64,000 bases of DNA from Lepidodermella squamata (Eukaryota > Animalia > Gastrotricha): positions 1,364,001 through 1,428,000 of the forward strand of contig JBLDXI010000017.1 in NCBI GenBank assembly GCA_047495785.1. The letters are read 5' to 3'. The notes beneath the pieces were generated by a model, which saw nothing but the letters and a program-made list of their open reading frames with translations, was not told the DNA's origin and ran no database searches. This document shows, in pieces, positions 1-12,418 of this stretch. Position 1 is the first letter of the stretch. Each line of letters begins with the position of its first letter. The position numbers and the translations under genes are program-made.

Positions 1-3000
1 GTTGTTGCTGACCCGCCGGTAGGGCTGGGCGGATAACGCCGAGAGCTAGCAGATCGGTACAAAACTGAAGCGCCAAAGTTATCAAATCGTTCTTGACCAG
101 GTACTGCAGGTAGTGCGTTCGATCGATCGTCGAACACAGCCACTCCAATAACACTTCACCTAATAATATTAAAAAAATTAAAAGTGGGCTTGCAAAAAAA
201 TGTTGAATACAATTAAAGAGTCAAAATTTAAAATGTCAACAACCGCGGTTTGTTATTTGCTAATATTAATTATTTAGACTAACTAACAAGGTGAGATAGC
301 AGTGCGAAAAAGGGGAAGAGAAAATGAAACAACAATAGATGGCTTTTTGTCGTATTACGATACTCCGATGTTGTAGCGTAAATGAAAACAAAGCATCAAC
401 ACCTGCAGTGTTCGTGTTTGCAGCAGGGGGAAAAGCCGAAAAGAATTAACTTGATGTGAGCTAAGGTAGACAGGTAGGCAGGTAGTAATAATAAGTGGGC
501 AGCGCGTAAAAATTCTCTGTAATTTAATGCTGAGAAGAGTGAAATAGATTAGCAAAAAGGTGTTGATGATACACATCGTGCGCGTACTAGTGAAGAAATT
601 TAGACTAGCGCGCAGTCAAATTTTAAGGCCGAGCCAAGACGTGTAATAAAAACTCGCCGCGCGCGCGTCCGTCTACTTGACGGTTGTTTTATTAAACTGG
701 CCTTTGCCCAGCTGCAGGCCGCAGCTGAGGTTTGTTGAAATTAATATTATCAAGTGGTCGCTGAAATTTCTGTCAAAAAGTGGCGACAAGCGACGACAAG
801 TGAAAGCAGGGCTCGGCACACAAGCGAGTAATAAACAAGCGGCACTTGTAACATGGTAATTATTTGCGGCACGCACGTTTCAAAGAAAAACGCAAAATTT
901 TTCTGAAAAACGCGACTAGATTAAATGATAATATTTATCGTGTTCGTTTCATCGCAGCGCTTGTTGACGTTTAAATTAACAACAACTGGTAGTAAATTCG
1001 TCAAACAACTGCATGTGTAAAAAATAGATGCCACTACTAGTTTTACAAGTGCTACTTTGAGCTTTTCACGATGCCTAGCAAAAATATAGTATTGATGGCC
1101 TTTTGAATCACTCTAATGCTATATATTGCGCTGCGCGTTTAGCAACGAGCATAGACGAATAATACTACTACAGTAAAAGCCGGCATGTCAAGGTAGAAAT
1201 TATCATCGATCAGAAAACCATAATTTTTTGAAATTCCTCGGCCGTGGAAAATTAGCTTGTTTTTGTTTACTTACCGCTACGCTATTACCTGGGTATTACA
1301 ATATTACAATGCGCGCGAGGGGAAATTCGATAAATTTCTATGCCGTCGCGGTCTCGCTCTCGCTCTCTATGTGACATTGATTTTGGATCAAATGTAAAAA
1401 ACTAGCCCTTTGGCATAATTTCGACTAGAGTCGCGGGATTAAATATTGATGACGATGGACGCGCCGACTGAGTAATTGCACGCGTAAAATGACTCACATG
1501 AAAAATGCACCGAGAGAAAATGGGCAGGTGACGAATTATTGCAGACGCAAGAAAAAAGTGCGTGGTCAGGTAGAAAAAACAGTGTGAATAAGCGATGCAA
1601 CTTTTTAGGTAAAACAAAAAATGGTTAACCTAAAAGTTGGCACGTTTAGGCGCTCCTTATATTTCAATTTGTTCACGTGATTGAGATAAATTTTGAAGGA
1701 TACATGATGCATCTATTCCCAAGCAATAAACGTAAGGTATAAAGCACGATTTTTTGTAAATATTTCGCGTCTTTAGTCTAATAATCGAATAAAACATTGG
1801 TGCTTTGATTTTAGGGTATTGAGTGCATAATTTAGGAAGAAGGTTGAAACAGTAGCTATTTTAGCAAGCTTCGTTGGAAATCCGGAATAATCTTCTATTA
1901 ACTTTTCCAGAAAAAAATCGCACAGCTTCGGAATTAAAGTACTGAGTGCTGCGAGATTCTAAAAAATCCCTACAATTTGTTAGATGGGCGATAAAGATCG
2001 AAATTAAATTCGGAATAATCTTCTAACAAATTTCCAAAAAAATCGTGGAGCTAAGGAATTTTAAAGTACTGAATGCTGAGATTCTAATAGCAAATCCTCT
2101 ACATTTTATAAGATGGCTGATAAGGAGCGAAAATAAATTCGGAATAATCCTCTAATTAATTTCCAAAAAATCGCGGAGATTGGGAATTTTCCCAATATTA
2201 AAGTACTGAGTGCTAAGAAATCCCTAAAATGTGTTAGATGGCTGATACAGAGTTATAATAAATAACCTAAAATTTACAATTAATTTTCTAGAAGGAAAAT
2301 GTAATCTCGGAAATAAGATCTAGAGAATGAAATCACGATAATGGAATAAAAGTAATCAAATTTACCTTTGAACTGTGAAGCAGTGTTAGGAGAGGTTGAT
2401 AAAGCCGCTGAAGAGCCGTTGTTGTTACTAACAATGCGCAAGTCGTCCGGCGGCGAGTCAGGGCATTTGACATAGGCAAGCAGCGATAAAAATAGCTGGC
2501 TCTGCGCCGCCGACTTATTGTAAGCCGGCACGCCAGGCAGGCTCGGCAGCGGTTTATTGTTGTTGTTAACAGCCGAAGTACCAGTACCGAGACAGCTACT
2601 CGACGTTGTCGCGTGCAGATTATGATGATGAGGATGATGATGGACGGGAAGTTGGCCGAGCGACGTCGGCACGCCCGTGAGTTCAAGGTCCAGAGTGACC
2701 ACAGTTCGCTCCATGTCAGGCCGAAAGCGGCGCAGCGCGTCAAGGCCGAGTTGTCGTGAAACGATTCGCGAGTGCCGACAGCAGCAGCAATTAGACGATA
2801 ATATCGCCGCGGCAGTAGCAGAAATAACTTCTGGTTCTGCTGCTGCTGCTCGCTGCTGTGGTTCTGCAGCAGCTAATCCAGATGATAGCGATGAATGGCG
2901 ACGTGGCGCACAACAATGATGTGGATGATAATAATGAGAAGGTGAGCATGCTGTTGTTGAGATTGTTATTTGATGCTGACAGGTTGAGCAAACACGGCCG

Positions 3001-3884
3001 CTATTTTCAAGGCCGCCTGCTATACACATATGATTATGATAGCCGGCTAATTGACGATACACGAAACACGAAGTAGTCGACTGTTCTGCTGCTGCTGCTG
3101 CGGCTGTTGTTTTCGCCGCCGCCGTAGTGTTAAAAGCCGGCGCCGTGAAAACATCTGTTTCACATTCTGAAGAGCAGGAAGCTGCAGCCACTGCCTGTTT
3201 ACTGCTACTACTGCCATGCCGCTGTTGTATCTTGGCAACGGCTTTACCTATCGCGCAACTCAGTCGACCGTGACGAGACACCTTACGCGGCTGTTCTTCC
3301 GTTTCGGGCGATGAGCCTGAAGCTGATGTCGTATTGTTCGCCTGCGGTGTCGTCTCGCCACTTGCCAAGTACGCGGAACCGGGCGTAGTCGCCGCCGCCG
3401 ATAACTTGCTACCCGTCGATAGCAACCGTGACGTGCATGGGTACGTCGGTGTTGGCGCCGGAAACGGCGATGTCGGGCTTTTCAAACTAGGCGTCGGCGT
3501 CAATTTGTCATGCCCCATCAACGGCAGCCTCAACTTGGCTATCTTACTGCTGATTTTTGACTTTTTCGGCTTCAAATCCGGCGTTTTCGCAGCTCGGCCG
3601 ATATTTTCCTTAGTCGGCGTTGTCACCACGCTGGAACCAGCACTCGACCCGCCGCTGCTCGAACTCCGGCCCCGGCCTAGAGTCGCCGATGGTAACGTGC
3701 CCATCGGATCGGTTGACACGTACTCAAATTGTTGACCAGGCGCGGCGTCTTTGTTTGAAATATTGAAAAATCCGGCGAGTTTTGTCGTAAAACTGCTCGC
3801 CATATCGCGAAGTTGCTGCACGGAATCGGAACGCTTTAAAGTTCCCATATTTCCATTATCGCCGCTACTTTTAGACGACGACAT
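1..3884 (-). CDS. Formin (FMN/Cappuccino)-like protein, 5' part; exons 3884-2366 and 159-<1, continues off the window
   Basis: Long Ser/Thr/Ala-rich exon ends at a GTAAAT donor (phase 1) and joins in frame to an AG acceptor at 160-161, giving FKGEVLLEWLCSTIDRTHYLQYLVKNDLITLALQFCTDLLALGVIR. This resembles the DEP-like segment I recall from FMN-class formins. FH1/FH2 are not in the window, so the family call is tentative. Confidence 0.5.
1883..2247. repeat. Intronic degenerate tandem repeat, ~128 bp x ~3
   Basis: Units start with CGGAATAATC at 1883, 2011 and 2140 and share AAAGTACTGA and AGATGG-GATA blocks. Confidence 0.85.
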
Positions 3885-6800
3885 GGCTTATTAAGGTGGC
3901 AGTAACAATAAGATTGAATGTTGCTACACCGCAAAATAATTCATCAGTATGAAAAGAACCTATAGCAATAATAACAAAACGTGTTAAAATGTCACGAATT
4001 GTAAATATTTTTTCTGCAAGTGGTAAAAAGGCGCGAAAAAGGCAAAAAAAGTCGTGTTTGCCGAAAGACGGGTCTCTCGAAGAAAAATAACTGCGAAAAA
4101 ATCATCATAAAACGCACTTCTCATTGTTTAAATTTTGTTAAGGTGACAGGTTACAATAAATAAAATAACATGTAATTATTAACATACCAGCAAGTGGCGG
4201 CGATCGTATCTATTTTCATGGTCTTGGTTAACATGTATTAGGTCTCCGACTAAATCTTCATTTAAATTTTTATCGCTCAATCAGTAAGGACACACACTTG
4301 AAGAGGTCAATAGGGGCCGAAATAGCCTTATCTCTGCGCAATATAATTGACCTAACTGTGGAATTCTAAGATACGCGGCATTTTCAAAGAAATGGCTAGT
4401 CAAGTATATATTGCAGTAAAGTTGAAGATTAATCGAGGATTCGCTAGCTTTCAGCACTAAAATTGGATTTAAGAAATGGATTCAAATCTAAAGTAATGGG
4501 TTAAGGGACATTCGCATAGTCACTATTTTTTCATCTAAAAATATGAAAAAAAATCTTTAAAATTCCGAGAGACAGGCACGATACGATGGATAATTTTTAG
4601 AAAATGAAGATATATTTATATAAATTAGGATAAATTTGAATTCAATGTTAAGCTGGATTCTGTTGTAAACATTTTTTCGAGATATTTTTTTGTTCAAAGA
4701 CTTGAGAGGGCTTTGAAACGGTAGTCTTCAGCCGTGTTGAGACTCTCAAATTGACAAATTCAAGTGTTGTTCAACGTTAACTAAGGGTATTATACAGCTG
4801 TAATTTGCCTAATCTCAAAATTTTACAAGCAAAAACAATTATAAGGAAGCTGTATAAACAAAAAACACAGTCGCCTGCAACTGGTAACAATAATTAATTT
4901 GCACCATATTGCCAACGATATATACCTGTAAAATGCCAGTTACCCGAGAGATTTTTATCCCAGTTGCAGGTGCGTATACCTAAGATACTATCGCTATCTA
5001 AAAAATCTGCGATATATGCAGCTGGCTTCTGTTTCAAATTTTTTAGGAATAAATGGCGCCATAGCGCTACCTTAAGCTATTTTTCCGCAGCGGTGCAAGC
5101 GTGCCGTAAATTCGGTGGAGATATTATATACAGAGCAAAGAAAAACCAACTATAAAAGTTATAATCTCGCTTTCAAAAAGAGCAACGTTTGTAATTAATA
5201 AAAAGTTAAACGGGCATTATACGGCGTATATCGCGCTTGTTTGCAAGCTAGAGGCCTTAGATAGATCTTATAACGGGCCTAAAAACGAGAGATAATTTTT
5301 GCAGAAATTTCAAGTGAGACATCAAAATGTTGTTTGTCGCGTTTCGTTGTCGCCAAAAATATTTTTATTAAAACCGCAAAACAATGTTGCGTTATAAATT
5401 GTTGCGATGCACCGGTCGCCGAGTGCGCGCCGAGATTTCGCAATAAAAATTGTGCGCATCTATAAAGACAATTGCTAACAAATTAACTCGCGCATAAAAT
5501 TGGAGTTACGTCATAAAAAATGCGTTCCTCACGAAAAGTCGCCGTTTAAGTAAAAGGTAAAGGTGGCGGCGGCTCTTAAGGTGGAGCCGGCGTCTGTCGC
5601 TTGTTTGCGCCACTTGAATTTAGCGCCATAATTTTCATAACAATAAATAAGCAATATATCGCTGCCTTTACCTGCCGGCGGCGCGCTTCGAAATTATTAT
5701 CAGTGTCGCCGTATATATGTATGCGGAGCAGTATTTTACTAATTAGCGCAAATTTTATAACAGCCCTGCGCGCTAGACACTCGCACTTGGTTTCACCTCT
5801 GCGCGGAATTCACGCGCGCGCGAATATATATACGATATTTAGGTCCCATCGCGCGACGAAACCAGCCTTCTGTCATTATATTGTTGTTATTGCGAGTTCC
5901 TATAAATGATATCGCAAATAAAATGTAACCAGATGTATTAGCGTAAAAACTGGCCCTCTCGTCGAGACAGGAAGAATCTCGACAAAGTTTACCTTTGGGC
6001 CACATTTTAACATCATAGAAAAGGTCACGTTGTCTGCTGTCGAGGATGCAAAATTAGCTAATAATAATTGCTGGCCTACACGTCGTAAATAGCTCGTGTT
6101 GACTCGTGTTGACAAGTTCCCCTTCCTCACCCACTATCGCAAATAGCAAATAACAGGTGGGGCTCAGCTATAATTACTGCCGACACATTTTATATTGCAT
6201 ACAAAATGATGTGAAAGCGAAAAATATCCGGGGAAAAAATCTGCGCAAATGAAGCCGAGCGATGGATGATATAATTAGCGGTCCGATGTTATCATTTTTA
6301 TCTACGCTAGGCGTAAGGTGCCTCGACGGGTGATTTTAGCGAATTTTTCGCCGATAAAAATAACGACAAGAAATAATAGAACGCCACGTGTTGTTATTGT
6401 TATTATTAGCCTAATCATGAGGATGAAAGATACCGCTACTACTACGACTACAACAGGTAACTTTGCCAGCGTGGCGCCTGACTAAATGATTCGTGACCGC
6501 AATAAATAAAATATGATAGCGATTTTTGCGCGAGGCGCAATAATATTGGTCTACATAGCAGACATTCGACTCCTACAACAACATCATTTGATCGCTAATG
6601 AGTAAGAATAAGGCCTAACCAACTGACCATTGGACAGATGGAAGCAATAACATGGTAGTATAATGCAATAATGTTGTAAAATTTATATCTGGCTGAATGC
6701 TGAATAGGAGTAGTAGTACACACCAGGACCAATTATACGGGCGGAGCTTGAAAGGCTCGGATTAGCGATCGGGCAACACATTGCTCATCCTAGAGCGAAC

Positions 6801-9800
6801 TATTTGTATTGCTATCATTATATAAGTATGGCGATATAGCTTCAGGCGGTGTGTCGGCAAGTGCGCGCGCGTAGGGCCAATGAACGAGACGAGGGGGAGT
6901 GAGTGGGGCCTAATGCCTCACACCGGATATCATTTAGCGATAAAAACTGCGCGGCCCGATAAATAGCGTTCACGGTGGCATCTGGGCGGGCCGCGCCAGC
7001 ACGCTTGCGATCTCGAAATCGAACCGGATGCGCCTGTCTACTCAACAAGCGACTGTAATGCTATAACTATATCCGCGTTCAAACTTCTCGAATTCTCGCG
7101 CTTATATTATCGCCCGACTCTTTTTTCGAGTTGGTTGTTGTTGTTTACCGATCGGTAACTAATGCATAGCCGAACGGAAGTTTGTTTTAATGTTATCGCT
7201 AACAATAATAATAATAATAATGCCCATCATAAGTAGGGCAATAAATAATCAAAATCATAAACGATAAAACGTAAATTATTATTACTACATTTTCATGAAA
7301 TAATAAACAACCGATATATCATCCTCCTTATCACTCATATGGGGAGAGAGAACTATAATTAACAGGCTAACAATACACAAATAAATCTGGGAATTCGCAG
7401 ATGCAATTTATTGTCTAAAATGGCTCGAAAAAAATGAATAAGAGCCATTGAGAGGGCTGCAAAAATGTAGCGTAGAATTTTTTCGCATTATATTATACGA
7501 TGAAATACAATACGAAAGATGTCGCCTCGGGTATTACATTATTATTGCGGTCGCAATAAATCGATAATCTACCATAAAGTTGTCGCATGGGTTATCGATC
7601 TGTACCGAGGCACTAAAGAATGAAAAATGCGCGCGTAATATTGGAAATATATGATGTAGACACACACTCGAATTTATATATATGCGCTTTTTATTTTATT
7701 GGAGGTCGCGCGCGCTACTCTCGATCAATCGGGGGCGCGGCAAAAAGAGGCGGCCTGTTGTATAGAAGAAAACATTCATGATCTGATAAAAGCGAATGAT
7801 TGCTGCTAAATTCAATAAGCAGAAATATAACAAGAAGCCATTCGCGCGCATCCTAAATTTTGCGATGAAAAATTCAAACAATATTTTTCTCATAAACAAA
7901 CAAAATTTGTTGTATAATATATAAGAAATATATAAGCGGAACAGATTTTGTCAAGTGCAAAGTGGACGTCTGAGTGCGCCGCGTCACTCGCGCGTCGAAA
8001 TCGCGTCAGGCTTGCCTACATTTTATAGCAACATTAAACTGTTCAAGAAATTTTTCCAATACTTGAGAAATGAGCGCGTTTTAAATAAAAACGCTATCAA
8101 TTCACAGCGTGCCATAAACAATTCTAAAAATAATTTAATTCAATAACGAGTAACCAGCCAAATTTTTCATGATACACACAAATTATTTTTATTAGCCGGT
8201 ATATTTTTCGGATTTTTTTCTGTGTAAGTGAGAGGGACACGTGTTTGGTGGGCGCCACTCAATGCCGATGAATAGATCAACAAGTCTATCGAGTCGAGGA
8301 TGAGCAAGCCGCGTGTCAGCGCGACAAGAGGCGCCCCGGAAAAACACCGGCGCGTCGTAAAATTTACGCGTGTAATAAAAATAATCGCGTGAAGTGTTTG
8401 CCGTGTCGCCGCGAAGAAGGCCGCCCGCCGCTGCCACCGTTCCACGCCAGCGATTGCAAACAAAATATAGTATTTAGGCGCACCTGGTTGCGTTTTATTT
8501 GCTCGCTTTTTACAGCCGCAAGTTCCCCTTCACACCAAGATGTTGCGAGACCGACGGCATATAATATCCGTGTCTGTTTAATGCAATAAATATATAAATA
8601 ACAGTTGCAACACCCAAAAAGCCGTTATAACAGGGTGGAAGGTAACAACTTCTGTACAGATGATGACAATACATATATTTACTCAACAGTTGCGACGGTG
8701 GTGTGGCCGGTGGAAACCGGTAAATGTAACAAAAACAACTTCCAGACATGGTAATCAGATAATAGCCGCCGTATTATTTTAAGCTGCATTTTCTGCAATG
8801 GTAGGTAGAAAATAGTATCGTGACCACCATTTTTGGCGCGCGCGCGCGCGGTGACACAATAATTGTAATAATTATTTTAACAAGCGCGCACTTTTTCGCC
8901 TCGCACACGCGCGCACTACTACTACCGGGTAAATATTTTACCGACGCACTTCGCGACAGGCGAGCGGGCGATTATCACTAGGCGATATTATTTGCATTAC
9001 TTGTTTCTAGGCTGGCTATTATTATTTGCGCTAATGATAAACAAAAAGCCTCAAAAACGTAGCAGCGGTTCGCTGCAGAATAACAAAAAAAGCAGGTAAA
9101 TGGCAAGGTAATATACCTAATCTCGCCGGGACAAAAGACAACACGGCCTTAAAAATTCTACTTCAACTCCCGTTTTTTTTATTACTACTTTATTTGTTGG
9201 TAAATTCGTTAATGCGTCTTTGATGGAGGCTAAAACAATAGGCAGCTGCTGTAGTAAACCTTTTTTCGGACAACCTGATGGGATGCTAAAAGGCGAAATT
9301 ATTTTATTGTTTCCTGGCAAGTATATAAGCGCTAATTGTTTGCAGATTCTCAGCGAGCACGAGTCAAGAGCAGTATCGGCTATTTTTTTGCACCAAATCT
9401 ACTCTAGCTTTTTATCAGCACACCTTTACTCATCTTCCCAACTTGCATTATTTGGAAATGTGCTGGATTGGATAAAACCGCAAAAATGGTTTGTTTTCTG
9501 AAAATAAATATCCTAAAGGTGTTTACATGTTTATTGTTGTGGAAATATGAGAAATCTGCGAACGATTGTGTAGAAAATCGGTGCAAAATAATGAAAATAA
9601 TTTCCGACTGAATATCTTCAGGGTTATAAATCTTTTCGAAATCCATTTTCGCAAGTTGAAGGTCGATTGCTTCACATCATTCGTGATGTCAGCAAAAGGC
9701 TGGGAAGGTGGACGACTTTTGTCCATAATTTTAATCGTCTGATCCTCCGGTAATTTTGAGGCCCCTATTTCGTCTCAGTTTACGCCAGATCCTCGACGTT

Positions 9801-10527
9801 CTCTGCGCATCTTTCTTCTCATGAATTCTCAATGTTTGAGACACCGAAAAATAAAACCTATTGCTATAACTTGCACTCGAATTCCGATCATAAGCGGAGA
9901 ATTTATTAAAAAGTACAATGAATTTTTTAGCTTCGCTCACGGAGTTGCGAACAGGCGTTTATTTTTGCAATTTTCTCTACAATCCAAGGTCCAGTTTCAC
10001 TTCTCATCTTTCGAACATAAGTTGGAACATTGTTCGAGTTCACTATGAAATTTAATTTCAAGGTGTAATAACGGAATGTTTTATAAATAAACTGATTCAA
10101 TCAGGATCCACAGCCTGCATAAGCAATAGCGTCGGTTTTAAGTTTGTTCATTTTTCATCGGAATTTGCGAAATTTGCGAAAATATCGAAAAAATATTCGG
10201 CGCGAAAAATGATTATCTTTTCATTGATCCATTCCTATCGTGAATCTTTCTCATCGTTCAGGAAAATGCCTCGTGACGCTTATTTATCGTCATATCATGC
10301 ATGACACGTTACGCTAACAGCAAACAGCTGCGCCCCTTCTGTTGCTTCATCTGGCTTGTTTGCATGTTTACTAGGCTGGTCGAAGAAGATATCGCAATTT
10401 TCAACCTTAGTCTCGTTTACTATTTTGAACCTTAAACGATATAGCTAATTCCAAACTTTTCAAACCTGATTTAATTTTCCTGAATTTTGCATTAGACAAC
10501 AATTTTTTCACCATTTCATTCGCTATC

Positions 10528-11079
10528 ATGGCTTCAGTCCTTCATATCGCTGATTTGCTGAACGGTCAACGGGGCAACTACAACCTGCTTGTCTACCAAC
10601 CGAAAACACACGAAATCGCCATTCGAACAAGTGACGTTGAACCTGCTCAGCAGCCTACAGACCAAAAGCCTCGATCAAGCCTCACCTCGAGCAACGACTC
10701 GATTGTCACGGCTTCCAGTTCCCAAGAATCAGCAACTGAAGACCCTCAAACTCGGTATTTACGCCTCGCCTCGCTGATTCTGTCAACCGCGACCTTTTCG
10801 CTGAGTCTGCTCACCTTCTCGCTCTGCTGCATCCTAGTCCGAGGTGTCCTTTGGTCTGTTGCCCTTTTCATACCCTGCCCGCCAACTTTTGCTGCGATTA
10901 AATACTCGCTGGGCTCGACGAAGCTGGGCAAGACGAAGCAAGGCTACATCAAGGCAATCAAACTGAGCATCCTCTCCATCTGTGTCATCCCTGTTGTCAT
11001 TCTAGTTTTTTTCGCTTTCTGCACCTTTGATTTAATGCACGAATTTAACGACAAGTTTTGCGTGGTTACCTACGCTTGA
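10528..11079 (+). CDS. Single-exon 183-aa membrane protein with ~3 hydrophobic helices, function unknown
   Basis: ATG-initiated ORF with polar N-terminus and hydrophobic segments (LASLILSTATFSLSLLTFSLCCILV, VLWSVALFIPC, LSILSICVIPVVILVFFAFC); AATAAA at ~11201. Confidence 0.65.
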   Translation: MASVLHIADLLNGQRGNYNLLVYQPKTHEIAIRTSDVEPAQQPTDQKPRSSLTSSNDSIVTASSSQESATEDPQTRYLRLASLILSTATFSLSLLTFSLCCILVRGVLWSVALFIPCPPTFAAIKYSLGSTKLGKTKQGYIKAIKLSILSICVIPVVILVFFAFCTFDLMHEFNDKFCVVTYA

Positions 11080-12418
11080 TGATGATCTTTTTTCCTGTGA
11101 CCTTTCAAATTTCAGAATTTTCGAAATTTTTGTGATCTGGATTTTTACGATTTTTTCTTCGCCTGCGTCATTGTTTTTACTACCTCATTGATTTATCTTG
11201 AATAAATAATAAAGAAAGGGCGGCCGAAAATGTGTGTTTGATTTTTTAAACACCGAAACAGTCGCCGAAAATGATGGGTAACTTTGGTAATCTTCTTTAA
11301 AGGTTGAAAATCAGATATTGATCGAAAATTCAAAGCCTAGTGATTCCCCATTTTCTTGCAAATTTACGGCACATTTTAGTTCGATGTTTACTCGAATTTT
11401 TCACCTGATACCCTGTTAAATGAGCTCTGCAGATGTGTTAATGGCAGCCGAATTAACACTTCTCTTGAACATCGATTTTTGCTCCATAAGTGCTATATCA
11501 AACAAAAGCTGGTGAAATGGTCAATTTTAAGCGATAAATCCCTTAGTTCTAACGTTCAACCCAGAAAAATTTAATCTCAAAGCCCAAAGGGTCCAAGGTT
11601 ACCTGTCCTTCGAGTTTTTTCGAGTCCCACATGATCTGGGAGGTCTTATGGCTATTATAATTAATCCAAAAGCTTCAGAGTTTGTAGGAATTACTGAATC
11701 GGGAAATCTGCCCTTAAAATCGATTTCCGCTTCTCTGGGTTTTCACGGTAAATAAAACAACAAGAAAAGAACATCGTAGCGATCTCATTTTTTTATTTTT
11801 CTTCCGAATTAGCTCGCGCATTTGCAACTCTCACCTGGACTCACGGTGAGGAAAAACGATAGAAAAAAGAATGAATCATAGCGTTAACATGATAAACTCT
11901 AAACATCTAAAAATGCGATAATACCGATGCACTTGACACGAAAAATGAAATGGGCTTCCATCCATCATCCATCCATCCATCAAACAGAGCAGGCGAAAAA
12001 AGCACGATTTTAACCGCAAAAAAACAAGCGCATCATCCAAAAAATTCAGAATAATAATAATAATATAATAATAAGAAGTATAGCACGCATTACAAAATTT
12101 TCAATACATTTGTGGAGGTATGAGGCCCAATAATATAAGGTTTGATTTTTTGCGTCATAGAATGGCACTTGCGAAATTTCCTCCTCCTCAGGCAAGACCA
12201 TGAAGGATAATATTAATATGATTTTTCAGTTCAAATTATAGTTGACATTATACATGAAAAAAATCACGCGTGTTGGTCCAATTTTTACGCACTATTTTTT
12301 TCAGATTTTTTATTAGAAAAAATTAAAAATCTACTCACTAAAAGAGTGCTTTGCCAGGGTCATCGTTGGGAGAATATACTGTAATTTTTTTTGCAAATAT
12401 AAAAAAATTCATTTCATA

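Noticed and set aside
1883-2247. CRISPR-like array
   Set aside because: Eukaryotic intron; whole units are homologous with no unique spacers, and no cas genes are present.
9404-9940. Short minus-strand ORFs (MSEAKK.., MDKSRPPSQPFADITN..)
   Set aside because: Somewhat coding-like, but no consistent splice model or recognisable domain.
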